NCBI GenBank assembly: GCA_964506845.1
Contig: CAZDNS010000005.1
Coordinates: forward strand, 2,975 to 60,610
Origin: an uncultured Planctomycetia bacterium
Lineage (GTDB): Bacteria; Omnitrophota; Gorgyraeia; VGKN01
Direction of reading: 5' to 3'
DNA length: 57,636 bases
A program made the translations under genes and the position numbers. Of the stretch, positions 48,016-57,636 are shown one piece after another. Numbering within the stretch: the first letter of the stretch is position 1; the number at the start of each line of letters is the position of its first letter. The notes beneath the pieces are model-generated. The model had not been told where the DNA came from. It did no database searches and worked only from the letters and a program-made list of their open reading frames with translations.

Positions 48016-49583
48016 GACTTATAGGCATAGGATACTGGGGTAAAAATCTGGCAAGGGTCTTTTCGCAGTTAGGGGTATTGGATACAGTTTGCGATTCTGA
48101 TTCAGAGAAATTAAAACTTTTAAAAAAGGCTTATCCGAAGGTTGAAATTTCGTTATCCTGTTCGGAAATATTTAATAATAAGGCTATAAAAGCAGTGGTA
48201 ATATCGACTCCGGCAGAGTCCCACTATCGCCTCGTCAAAGAGGCGCTTCTTTGCGGAAAGGACGTATTTGTTGAGAAGCCCCTGGCTTTAACTGTAGAAA
48301 ACGGCATTGAACTTGTGGAGCTGGCGGAAAGGAATAAACAAATCCTGATGGTGGGCCATCTTTTGGAGTATCATCCGGCAGTAGATAAATTAAAGGAATT
48401 TATGGAAAAGGGAAGGCTTGGAAAAATCCAGTATATTTATTCCAACCGCCTTAACCTTGGAAAGATAAGACGCGAAGAAAATATATTATGGAGTTTTGCG
48501 CCTCACGATATTTCAGTTATCCTCCTTCTTCTAAACGAAATGCCTGAGGGAGTGTCTGTGTTTGGCGGAAACTACCTTGACCATAAAATCGCAGACGTTA
48601 CAGTAAGCAGCCTTAATTTTTCAAGCGGCGTAAAAGGGCATATATTTGTGAGCTGGCTACACCCATACAAGGAACAGAAGCTGATTGTAGTCGGCGATAA
48701 AGCAATGGCAGTTTTTGATGACGTTGCGCCGAAGGATAAACTGCTTGTTTTTAATCATAAGATAGACTGGATAGGCAGGATGCCTGTTCCCAAAAAAAGC
48801 GAGGCAGAAAGGATTGAGTTTGAGATGGAGGAACCGCTCTTATTGGAGTGCAGGCATTTCTTGGACTCTCTCGATACGCGGAAAAAGCCAAAAACTGATG
48901 GACGAAGCGCACTGAGAGTATTAAAGGTTCTTCAGTCCTGCCAGACCTCTCTGGAAAATAGTGGAGTATATGTCCCGTTAAATGCACATGCCAATCCTTC
49001 ATCCCGTTCCAGAGCATATTTTGCGCATCCTACTGCCACCATAGAACAGCCCTGTCAGATTGGCGAGGGCACAAAAGTATGGCATTATTCCCATGTTATG
49101 AAGGGTGCAAAAATCGGGAAAAATTGCAATATAGGACAGAATGTTTTTATCGGCTCTAAAACCGAACTGGGAAATAACGTAAAGGTGCAGAATAATGTCT
49201 CCATCTATGACTGCATAAAGATAGAAGATGATGTATTCTGCGGCCCATCCGTAGTCTTTACCAATGTTATAAACCCGAGAAGCCATGTCTCAAGGAAGGA
49301 TGAGTATAAAGAAACCCTTATTAAAAAGGGCGCTACCTTAGGCGCAAATTCAACCATTGTCTGCGGTATTACAATCAACGAATACGCTTTTATAGGCGCA
49401 GGAGCAGTGGTTACAAAGGATGTTCCGAAATACAGCCTTGTCTACGGAAACCCGGCAAGACAGAACGGCTGGATGTGCGAATGTGGAGTAAAGTTGTCTT
49501 TTAAAGACAAAAATGCCAAATGTCATACCTGCGGTAAACAATATTTAATTAAAAATAATTTGGTAGATTTAATTGTAAAGTAA
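47991..49583 (+). CDS. Fused Gfo/Idh/MocA dehydrogenase and LbH N-acetyltransferase (WbpB-WbpD-like)
   Basis: GIGYWG, VEKP, WSFAPHD; then [39 protein letters not shown]. Confidence 0.9.
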   Translation: MGKNKTKIGLIGIGYWGKNLARVFSQLGVLDTVCDSDSEKLKLLKKAYPKVEISLSCSEIFNNKAIKAVVISTPAESHYRLVKEALLCGKDVFVEKPLALTVENGIELVELAERNKQILMVGHLLEYHPAVDKLKEFMEKGRLGKIQYIYSNRLNLGKIRREENILWSFAPHDISVILLLLNEMPEGVSVFGGNYLDHKIADVTVSSLNFSSGVKGHIFVSWLHPYKEQKLIVVGDKAMAVFDDVAPKDKLLVFNHKIDWIGRMPVPKKSEAERIEFEMEEPLLLECRHFLDSLDTRKKPKTDGRSALRVLKVLQSCQTSLENSGVYVPLNAHANPSSRSRAYFAHPTATIEQPCQIGEGTKVWHYSHVMKGAKIGKNCNIGQNVFIGSKTELGNNVKVQNNVSIYDCIKIEDDVFCGPSVVFTNVINPRSHVSRKDEYKETLIKKGATLGANSTIVCGITINEYAFIGAGAVVTKDVPKYSLVYGNPARQNGWMCECGVKLSFKDKNAKCHTCGKQYLIKNNLVDLIVK

Positions 49584-49612
49584 CCCACTGACTTAGTCGG
49601 CGGTTTACTTTA
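49576..49612. repeat. Intergenic hairpin (REP-like remnant)
   Basis: TAAAGTAA-C-CCACTGACT / AGTCGGCGG-T-TTACTTTA, followed by ACAGGGTAAA. Confidence 0.45.
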
Positions 49613-49638
49613 ACAGGGTAAAATTAGATTTTTTTAAA

Positions 49639-50616
49639 ATGAAAAAGAAAATCTTAATCACAGGCGCAGGAGGCTTTATCGGTCATCATCTTGTGAAATA
49701 TTTGATAAAAATGGGCTATTGGATTAGAGGAGTCGATATAAAACATCCTGAGTTTGAAAATACCCCTGCCGATGAATTTATAATAAGCGATTTGAGAAGA
49801 TGGGAAAATTGCCTTAGGGTGACTAGTGGTATGGAGCAGGTTTATCACCTTGCTGCAAATATGGGAGGGATAGGCTTTATCGAAACTCACAAGGCAGAGA
49901 TAGTGCATGATAATTCTCTGATAAATATCCATATGCTTGAGGCAGCAAGAGTGAATAATATGGATAAATTCCTTTTTACTTCTTCAGCCTGCGTGTATCC
50001 CTGCTACAAACAGCAAACCCCTGATGCAGCGCCTTTAAAAGAAGAAGATGCATATCCTCCGGATCCTGAGGATGGCTATGGATGGGAAAAACTCTTTACA
50101 GAAAGAAGTTGTCGGCACTATTATGAGGACTATGGTTTAAAAACTTATATTGTGCGTTTTCATAATATTTATGGGCCATTGGGCACATACGATGGGGGAA
50201 GAGAGAAATCACCCGCGGCTATCTGTCGTAAGATTGCTCTTGCAAAAAGAGATGATGAGATAGAGGTTTGGGGCGACGCTAAGCAGACGCGCTCATATTG
50301 TTATATTGATGATTGTATCGAGGGTATCTACCTTTTGATGCAGTCAGATTATCATGAACCGTTAAACTTGGGCACAGACAGAATGGTCTCAATCAATCAA
50401 TTGATAGATATTATTGCTGAAATAGCTGATAAAAATATAGCTAAACGGTATGATTTAACAAAACCTCAAGGCGTGAGAGGAAGGAATAGTGATAATACAA
50501 AATTACGTGAAATACTTAAATGGGAACCGCGCATTTCGCTTGAGGAGGGTCTCAGGTTAAGTTATAAATGGATTTATGGACAACTTGTAAAAGCGGGAAG
50601 GATAACACTGATTTAA
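49639..50616 (+). CDS. NAD-dependent epimerase, GDP-mannose 3,5-epimerase-like
   Basis: LAANMGGIGFI, SSACVYP, YGWEK, GGREKSPAAICRK, PQGVRGRNSDNT. Confidence 0.85.
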   Translation: MKKKILITGAGGFIGHHLVKYLIKMGYWIRGVDIKHPEFENTPADEFIISDLRRWENCLRVTSGMEQVYHLAANMGGIGFIETHKAEIVHDNSLINIHMLEAARVNNMDKFLFTSSACVYPCYKQQTPDAAPLKEEDAYPPDPEDGYGWEKLFTERSCRHYYEDYGLKTYIVRFHNIYGPLGTYDGGREKSPAAICRKIALAKRDDEIEVWGDAKQTRSYCYIDDCIEGIYLLMQSDYHEPLNLGTDRMVSINQLIDIIAEIADKNIAKRYDLTKPQGVRGRNSDNTKLREILKWEPRISLEEGLRLSYKWIYGQLVKAGRITLI

Positions 50617-50670
50617 AAAAAAGTATTCTATCTGTAGTAACAGCCACCTCATATATAAAAATCCTTGGTT

Positions 50671-52200
50671 ATGAACAAAATTTTAAAGATGTCCGGAAGC
50701 TCGCTTGTAAAAAACACACTGATAAATTTTGTCGGTCAATTTATGCCTATGCTCGTAGCGGTGATTACAATTCCGTTTATTATCAAGGGTCTGGGGATAG
50801 AGCGCTTTGGAATACTCTCCTTGGCTTGGGCGGTGCTTGGATATTTCAATCTCTTTGATTTTGGAGTTGGGAGGGCCACAACAAAATTTGTATCAGAGGC
50901 GTTGTGGAATAACGACGCAAAACGTATCCCCAAAATTGTATGGGCATCATTAACCATACAGGTTGTAATGAGTTTTTTAGGAAGCATATCGCTGGCATTA
51001 ATAACGCCCTTTCTCGTGGAGAATATTCTAAAAATTCCTTTGCATTTAATTAAGCAAACAAAAATAGTGTTCTATCTGCTTAGCCTAACAGTCCCGCTTA
51101 TAGTGCTTTCAAAAAACCTGCGCTCAGTATTTGAAGCAGGGCAGCGTTTCGATCTAATAAATGCTATCCAGATTCCTTCGGGTTCTTTAATATTCCTTTT
51201 GCCTGTTATTGGCATTCTTGCGCATTTTCAGCTAAACGGCATTATTATGTTATTAGTAATTCTATGCATAATGAACACGTTAGCCTATTTATTTATGTTT
51301 TTTAATATTTTCCCTGAATTTGGAAAAAACTTTTGCTTAGAGAAAGGTATGTTTACATCTCTCCTTACATTTGGTGGATGGACAACGCTTTCTAATATTA
51401 TTGTTCCAGTGTTGGTATACTCTGATAGGTTCCTCATAAGTGCGATTGTCTCTGTTAAGGCTTTGACATATTATACGGTTCCATATGAAATAATCTCTCG
51501 GCTTATGATTTTTCCCAGCGTTTTATGTTTAACGTTATTTCCTGCTTTCAGCGCGCTTTCAAAAGCAAATAAGGAGGATGTCGCCCATATTTATGCACGA
51601 AGTTTGAAATATATTATCGTTATTATGGGGCCTATTGTGGTAATAAGCATTATTTTCTCAAATGAGATTCTTCTTTTGTGGCTTGGAAAAGATTTTGCTC
51701 TAAAAAGCAGCCTTGTATTCCAAGTCCTTGCTGTTGGAATGCTGTTAAATGCCCTGGCGCAAATGCCCGCCAACCTTCTTGATGGAATTGGCCGTCCAGA
51801 CCTTAAGGCAAAGATTTTACTTTCGTACGTTTTTGTATATATTTGCTTAGCCTGGTTACTGATAACTAAAATGGCTATTATTGGAGCAGCCTTGGCATGG
51901 GCTATACGTGGTGCTTTGGAATTTGGTCTGTTTTTTATCATATCGTGGAAGCTTTTACGATTTAGGCCAACCATTTTTATCGAGGGTGGATTCCTGAGAG
52001 GGTTGGCTGTTTTTATTATTTTTGTTGCGGTTACCGTTGCAACAACCCTCCTTGTCGAAAGAAACATTTGGAGCTATATAACTATAACAGTTTTATATCT
52101 CGTTTCATTTGGACTGCTTATTTGGCGTTATGCATTAGACCAGATGGACAGAAACAAAATTAAGGTTTTATTTTTCAATAGAATTTATAATGAGAGTTAG
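50671..52200 (+). CDS. Wzx-type flippase
   Basis: LGIERFGIL, FDFGVGRATTK, FGGW, DRFLI, YYTVP; many TM segments. Confidence 0.9.
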   Translation: MNKILKMSGSSLVKNTLINFVGQFMPMLVAVITIPFIIKGLGIERFGILSLAWAVLGYFNLFDFGVGRATTKFVSEALWNNDAKRIPKIVWASLTIQVVMSFLGSISLALITPFLVENILKIPLHLIKQTKIVFYLLSLTVPLIVLSKNLRSVFEAGQRFDLINAIQIPSGSLIFLLPVIGILAHFQLNGIIMLLVILCIMNTLAYLFMFFNIFPEFGKNFCLEKGMFTSLLTFGGWTTLSNIIVPVLVYSDRFLISAIVSVKALTYYTVPYEIISRLMIFPSVLCLTLFPAFSALSKANKEDVAHIYARSLKYIIVIMGPIVVISIIFSNEILLLWLGKDFALKSSLVFQVLAVGMLLNALAQMPANLLDGIGRPDLKAKILLSYVFVYICLAWLLITKMAIIGAALAWAIRGALEFGLFFIISWKLLRFRPTIFIEGGFLRGLAVFIIFVAVTVATTLLVERNIWSYITITVLYLVSFGLLIWRYALDQMDRNKIKVLFFNRIYNES

Positions 52201-53902
52201 CCCTTTTGATACCAAAGGTGCATTAAGTATCAATGAAGCCAGAAAATCCTTTCTGGATAAATGGTTGCCTGATTTTATAAAGAGAGAAAGTGTTGCTACG
52301 GTATTGGATGTTGGATGTGGTTTCGGCTTTTTCTCAAGATATTTAAAAGACATGGGGCTTAAGGTCAGCGCTTTTGATATACGCCAGGAAAATGTAGCAG
52401 TGGCTAAATGCCGCAATCCCGATATTGACTTTAAGGTCTACGATATAGAGGATAAATCTGTTTGCGGCCTCGGGGTATTTGATATGGTATTTTGTTTTGG
52501 AACGTTGTATCATCTGGAAAATCCTTTTAGGGCTATACGCAATCTCTATTGTCTTACAGGGAAGTTTCTTTTGGCAGAAACCCAAATCGCGCCTTATTCC
52601 TATCCCAATGCTGTATTATATGGGGAGTGTAATAAGGAGGACCAGTCGTTAAACTACACAGTTCTTATTCCTTCTGAATCCTGTTTTGTTAAAATGTTCT
52701 ATAAAGCCGGTTTTAGAGCGGTGTATTCTTCAGAAAACCCTGTTATGCATAAGGAATTTCGAGCCTCATTTATCAATAAAAAAGCAAGGACCATATTTCT
52801 GGCTACACGTTTGACAAATTTAAACCTCAGCAACTTTTCTATCCACAGGGAGCCGGAGATACCCTTTGCTGGGTTTTCCAATTGGCTTACGCTTACAGGA
52901 AAAATATTTAATCTTAGAGGGGCGGGCTTGTGGCTTGTAGGAAGGTTTAATTCTTGGTTTCCGTCAAGATGGGCTTTAAGGCTTTGTTTAAATATGCAAT
53001 ATAAAACCAGAAGATACCCAAGTGTTCTACCAAAGGGTCATTATAGCTTAGAAGAGTCAATATGGTGGTCTTCTCGAATTATCAGGGCCTTAGCCTGGAG
53101 ATGGTTTTCTATAGCATGCCCTAACGACACCTTCGTTCTTAAGTGGCACTACGAGATAAAACTGTTAGCGTACCCTAAGGATGAGATAGGATATGAAATA
53201 TTTCGCATGGGTGCATTTGAACCGAACGAGTTTTATTTTTTGGATAAAGCCTTAGAGCCTGGGATGACTTTTATAGATGTAGGCGCCAATATGGGCCTTT
53301 TTAGCCTATTTGCATCCAAAAAGGTTGGAGATGCCGGGACGGTGATTGCTATTGAGCCAAGCAATAGGGATTTTTTAAGGCTAAAGGCTAATATAGAATT
53401 AAACAAGCTTACAAATGTCAGATTGATTAATGCGGCAGCCTCAAATTCTAAGTCAAGGGCTGAACTTTTAGTTTCCGGGGAAGAACACGCAGGGCATAAT
53501 ACGTTAGGAGATTTTGTACATGACTGCAGCACGTTTAAAGAGAAACAGATTGTAGAAACATTTACCCTGGATGAGTTGGTTGAAAAAGAGAAACTGCATA
53601 AGGTTGATTTTATAAAGATAGACACAGAGGGGCATGAATTATTTGTGCTTAAAGGCGCAGCGAATATACTACGGAAATTTCATCCTGTCTTACTGATAGA
53701 ATTAGCCGACATATCTCTCATACAGCAGGGCTGTGAGAGCGGGCAAATCTGGGAATTTTTAACCGCGCTAAATTATAAAATTTATCTATATGATAACCTC
53801 ACTGGCATGCTTGTTTTGGGAGAGAGGAAAAATAGCTTTTACGAGAACATAGTTGCAATTCACAAGACAGAGAGTCTAATCCAGCAGGATAGACCATCCT
53901 AA
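52190..53902 (+). CDS. Two-domain methyltransferase (class I plus FkbM-type)
   Basis: VLDVGCGFG...LYHLENP; FIDVGANMG, IEPS, IKIDTEGHE. Confidence 0.88.
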   Translation: MRVSPFDTKGALSINEARKSFLDKWLPDFIKRESVATVLDVGCGFGFFSRYLKDMGLKVSAFDIRQENVAVAKCRNPDIDFKVYDIEDKSVCGLGVFDMVFCFGTLYHLENPFRAIRNLYCLTGKFLLAETQIAPYSYPNAVLYGECNKEDQSLNYTVLIPSESCFVKMFYKAGFRAVYSSENPVMHKEFRASFINKKARTIFLATRLTNLNLSNFSIHREPEIPFAGFSNWLTLTGKIFNLRGAGLWLVGRFNSWFPSRWALRLCLNMQYKTRRYPSVLPKGHYSLEESIWWSSRIIRALAWRWFSIACPNDTFVLKWHYEIKLLAYPKDEIGYEIFRMGAFEPNEFYFLDKALEPGMTFIDVGANMGLFSLFASKKVGDAGTVIAIEPSNRDFLRLKANIELNKLTNVRLINAAASNSKSRAELLVSGEEHAGHNTLGDFVHDCSTFKEKQIVETFTLDELVEKEKLHKVDFIKIDTEGHELFVLKGAANILRKFHPVLLIELADISLIQQGCESGQIWEFLTALNYKIYLYDNLTGMLVLGERKNSFYENIVAIHKTESLIQQDRPS

Positions 53903-53960
53903 ACCTTTAAGGATGGGTCTAAGCAGGATTTCTCATCCTGACAATGAGGAGAGAAGGTAA

Positions 53961-54920
53961 ATGCTGACATTATTTTCATGCCCCAGAGCATTTAAGGGAC
54001 ACATAGGCACTATTCAGATAAATGCCATTCATAGCTGGACACTCCTTAAGCCTAAAGTTGAGATAATACTCTTCGGAGATGATGAGGGCGTAAAGGAAGT
54101 ATCCACAAAATTCGGCACGAGACACATAGCCGCATTAAGAAGAAATGAGTATGGTACGCCTATGTTGAATTCGTTTTTTTATGAGGCCCAAAAGGCTGCG
54201 TCGCATTCTTTGATGTGTTATGTTAACTCTGATATTATTCTAATGAATAGCCTATCAGGTGTAATTGAGGGGGTGTTGCAAAAGTTAAATCAGAGCCCTT
54301 TTCTTATTATCGGACAGCGCTGGAATGTTAAAGTAGATACCCTCTGGGATTTCTCAAGCCCCGATTGGGAGGCGCGATTAAGGGATTATGCAAAGATTTA
54401 CGGAAGACTTGATCGCGTGACAGGTATAGATTATTTTGTTTTCCCCAAAGGTTTATTTGGTGAAATTCCGCCGTTTATACTTGGTAGGTGCTGGCATGAC
54501 GCTTGGTTAATATATAGGGCTAAGAAATTAAATATTCCTGTCATAGATGCCACTTTACAAAATATGATTATACATCAACGTCACGATTTTTTCTATGCCG
54601 CTTTTAATAAAAAGGGCGTATTAAATATGAAAAGCCCGGAGGTTGCCAATAATCAGAGATTATGCGTAGATCGTTCGCGATTCTACACGGTCTTGGACGC
54701 ATCGCATATATTGAACGATGGCAGTCTCAAGAAGCCCGACTTAACCAGAAGGGTAAGAAAATTTTTAACGTGGCTAACGAGATATACATGGTATATTATT
54801 TCTGAGGTATGCCATCCTTATTCATTGCCGATAGTTATGGTAATAAGAAACCTAAGGGCAATCATATCCAATTTAAAAAACCTTGCTGGGAATAAAAATC
54901 TCCGCCGTAATTGCAATTAA
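53961..54920 (+). CDS. Putative GT-A-fold glycosyltransferase
   Basis: IQINAIHSW, YVNSDIIL, IDYFVF, IHQRHD. Confidence 0.6.
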   Translation: MLTLFSCPRAFKGHIGTIQINAIHSWTLLKPKVEIILFGDDEGVKEVSTKFGTRHIAALRRNEYGTPMLNSFFYEAQKAASHSLMCYVNSDIILMNSLSGVIEGVLQKLNQSPFLIIGQRWNVKVDTLWDFSSPDWEARLRDYAKIYGRLDRVTGIDYFVFPKGLFGEIPPFILGRCWHDAWLIYRAKKLNIPVIDATLQNMIIHQRHDFFYAAFNKKGVLNMKSPEVANNQRLCVDRSRFYTVLDASHILNDGSLKKPDLTRRVRKFLTWLTRYTWYIISEVCHPYSLPIVMVIRNLRAIISNLKNLAGNKNLRRNCN

Positions 54921-54934
54921 GCTTATAGAATAAG

Positions 54935-56404
54935 ATGAAGGTATTGCTGATTCAGCCCCCGTTTACGATTTTTAGAACCGAACCCAAAAAATGCCATCCA
55001 CCGCTTGGCTTGGCTTATCTCGCTGCTGTATTGAAGGAGAGCCATGAGGTCATGGTTCTGGATGCGCTGGCAGAGGGATATGAAAATGAGAAGATTATAG
55101 ATAAGGAATTTATGAGATACGGTTTGTCTTTTGAGGATATAAAAAAAAGAATAGCAACGTATGCACCTGATGCAGTCTGCATATCCTGCCTTTTTTCATC
55201 CCAGTCCATAAACGTTTATAAAATTTGTGAGGCAGCTAAAGAGGTGAATAATGAAATCATTACTATTCTGGGAGGCGCGCATCCTTCCGCTGTGCCGGAT
55301 GAAACACTTAGCGATAAAAATGTTGACTTTGTCGTTATTGGCGAGGGAGAGTTTATTTTAAAGAAGCTACTTGGACATATGGAGGCTAAAGAGAATGTTC
55401 AGGAGATAGGTGGCATAGGATTTAAAAGAGACGGAAGTATATGGATTAATAGACGGAAGGAATACGGGGCTAATCTGGACGAGCTTCCATTTCCCTACTG
55501 GGATATTTTTCCCTTAAAAAAATACTACGAAATTAACAACCCTCATGGCAATCCGGCAAAAAGAGTTCCTTTTTTACCTGTAATTACCTCAAGAGGGTGT
55601 CCATTTGAATGCATATTTTGTTCGGTTCATAATGTATGGGGTAGAATCTACAGGGTAAGATCTGCGGTAAATGTACTATCCGAATTGAGTTATCTTACGG
55701 ATAGGTTTGGCATCAGAGAGATTCTATTTGAAGACGACAATCTTACTCTTGATAAAGGACGTGCTATAGGAATCTTTAAAGGAATAATTGATAAAGGTTT
55801 TGGTATAGTTTGGAATGCGCCGAACGGCGTTGCGGTTCAGACATTAGATGGCGAAATGCTTGAACTTATGAAAAGAAGCGGTTGTTATAGTATAAGTATA
55901 GGCGTAGAATCCGGCGATGAATATGTCCTGAAAAATATAATCAGGAAACCGATAGTGCTTTCAAATATAAAACCTATAGTTATGCAGGCAAAGAAGTTAG
56001 GATTGGAAACAACAGCGTTTTTCGTAGTGGGTTTCCCCGGCGAAACTATAAAAAATATTAGAAATACCTTTAGATTTGCAAGGAGCCTTAATGTTGATAC
56101 CGCAAACTTCTTTTTTGCTTCCCCTTTGCCAGGAACGCGCCTGCTGGAATTGTTTAAGGAAAAAAGGTTGGTAGATAAAAACCTGGATTACCTTAAACTG
56201 AAATCAGACCAGCCATATTCTAAGACAGAACACCTAAGCGTGGAGAGGTTAACGGCTCTTGTATATCGCGAGAAATTAAAGTTGCACATCCTATCCTTAT
56301 TAACTAATCCCGGTAAATTTTTGCATAAAATATGGCGGAAGGTAAAAACTAATCCCACTTATTTTATAGATTTCGGAAATACTTTTTTAAAAAAGGCGGG
56401 TTGA
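54935..56404 (+). CDS. B12-binding radical SAM protein
   Basis: PPLGLAYLAA, GGAHPS, GEGE, TSRGCPFECIFC, GVESG, GFPGET. Confidence 0.92.
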   Translation: MKVLLIQPPFTIFRTEPKKCHPPLGLAYLAAVLKESHEVMVLDALAEGYENEKIIDKEFMRYGLSFEDIKKRIATYAPDAVCISCLFSSQSINVYKICEAAKEVNNEIITILGGAHPSAVPDETLSDKNVDFVVIGEGEFILKKLLGHMEAKENVQEIGGIGFKRDGSIWINRRKEYGANLDELPFPYWDIFPLKKYYEINNPHGNPAKRVPFLPVITSRGCPFECIFCSVHNVWGRIYRVRSAVNVLSELSYLTDRFGIREILFEDDNLTLDKGRAIGIFKGIIDKGFGIVWNAPNGVAVQTLDGEMLELMKRSGCYSISIGVESGDEYVLKNIIRKPIVLSNIKPIVMQAKKLGLETTAFFVVGFPGETIKNIRNTFRFARSLNVDTANFFFASPLPGTRLLELFKEKRLVDKNLDYLKLKSDQPYSKTEHLSVERLTALVYREKLKLHILSLLTNPGKFLHKIWRKVKTNPTYFIDFGNTFLKKAG

Positions 56405-56411
56405 TATTCCA

Positions 56412-57527
56412 TCACAGGCTGGCATCACCATCAAAAAGACAAGGGTCCCACAAATCAGAATTTTCCAATTCCTTTGATAGAGATTCATCTGGTGTTTTAT
56501 AGAAAAATGGCCAACTTTCCAGTTTTCTCTTATGAGGAAGGGACTTTTTAATTATACCTATCTTTTGTGGATTAAAACCGATAGCCTCCAATACATACAC
56601 ATCTTCTTCTTTACATCTCCTTAGGCCTGATGCCATCATCTTTACTAAAAATGAGGGGTTGTCATCAATGGTCTGGAAGTCAATGAGCCTGACTCGCCTT
56701 AATCCGATTTTAGGGTTATCCTGCCTTAAAAAGATTGCATAGCTTATTATCTTAGATTTTTTCTCAATAGCAAATATCCATATTTTTTTATTTAAAGTTG
56801 CATATCTAAAATGCCAATTGAGAGATTGGCTATCCCGAACGCATAGAAATCTGTTATAACGGGTTCTTAAACTTTTCCAAAATTCATCAAACCTTTCATC
56901 AAAACAAGATAAGCAGAGTTCTTTGCCTTCAAGCCCCTTTATATTGTAATCTTCGAAGGTTCTCCCCGCTAATTTATCAAAACCCTGTACCAATAAAGAT
57001 AGGGGAGGGGTGAGGGTCTTGCCAAATGACAGTCTTTTCTTAATAGTTGCGCTTAAGATAAACCTCTGATAATTCAAAATTCGAAAATAAACGGTATTAT
57101 ATGAACCCTGCGGCATCTTTTTCGCCTTAAAGAGGTCAAAAAAAACCCTGCCCGCCGTATAATTAGCAGTGGCATTTAAGAATAAATCTGCAGACCTTTG
57201 GCTAAAATAACTGTTGACTAAAAGCATGGAATAATTTCTATGCGCCTTATCCACCACCCACGAACTGGCAACAGCAGCAATTAACCTTTTTTCCTTAAGT
57301 TCATACGCTACAGGAATATTGCCGAAAAATCCCACGATTCCTTTATTTTCAGCTTCAAGCACCCAGCCTATAGGCCACGTAATACCGCTATTTTTAATTA
57401 CGGGATTATCTTTCCAGAGGTGTTCCCATTCCTCAAGGGTTTTATCCCTAAACTCAATGTCGTTTCGGCCCATCAAAGCCACAACATCCCTAAGGTCATT
57501 AAAGAAGGCTTCTCTTACCTTAACCAT
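56412..57527 (-). CDS. GNAT-like protein (probably tandem GNAT fold)
   Basis: VKVREA, WEHLWKDNP, IVGFFG, SWVVDKAHR, VRDSQSLNWHF. Confidence 0.65.
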   Translation of the reverse strand: MVKVREAFFNDLRDVVALMGRNDIEFRDKTLEEWEHLWKDNPVIKNSGITWPIGWVLEAENKGIVGFFGNIPVAYELKEKRLIAAVASSWVVDKAHRNYSMLLVNSYFSQRSADLFLNATANYTAGRVFFDLFKAKKMPQGSYNTVYFRILNYQRFILSATIKKRLSFGKTLTPPLSLLVQGFDKLAGRTFEDYNIKGLEGKELCLSCFDERFDEFWKSLRTRYNRFLCVRDSQSLNWHFRYATLNKKIWIFAIEKKSKIISYAIFLRQDNPKIGLRRVRLIDFQTIDDNPSFLVKMMASGLRRCKEEDVYVLEAIGFNPQKIGIIKKSLPHKRKLESWPFFYKTPDESLSKELENSDLWDPCLFDGDASL

Positions 57528-57636
57528 TAATTAATCCGTATCTTAAGTTAACTAATACAAACACATTGAGTAAATTTACACTTAAGCCCAATTTACTTCT
57601 TCGCTGGCGGTGCTCGGAGCCTGTCCGCCGAACAAG

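Noticed and set aside
420-57534. Numerous short antisense or alternative-frame ORFs
   Set aside because: They lie inside well-supported long genes and have no recognisable motifs; 15215-15424 (-) starts within a repeat arm.
57606-57636. GGCGG...CCGCC hairpin or repeat at the right edge
   Set aside because: The stem is short and possibly cut off by the window edge, so it cannot be assessed.

Overview
The window is almost entirely one co-oriented (+ strand) cell-surface glycan biosynthesis and modification locus of about 50 genes, many overlapping at start/stop codons. It encodes nucleotide-sugar enzymes (RfbF/RfbG, RmlC-, RmlD- and GME-like proteins, Gfo/Idh/MocA dehydrogenases, a DegT-type aminotransferase), two Wzx flippases, GT2, GT4, WaaA-like and GT-C glycosyltransferases, acyl/formyl/methyl transferases, four radical SAM enzymes (three B12-dependent), an AsnB amidotransferase and three transglutaminase-like proteins. 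It ends at a convergent GNAT-like gene. The most unusual signal is at the gene junctions. Two small stand-alone GIY-YIG nuclease genes are each enclosed by long structured inverted repeats with compensatory base changes, and a third copy has the same arms but no nuclease gene, which looks like a candidate autonomous/non-autonomous mobile-element system. At least three other short palindromic repeat families also occur. They sit at ribosome-binding sites or stop/start junctions, or are inserted in frame into genes, and several have apparent target-site duplications. No CRISPR array, rRNA or tRNA was seen. Product calls come from motifs recognised by eye, without database searches.
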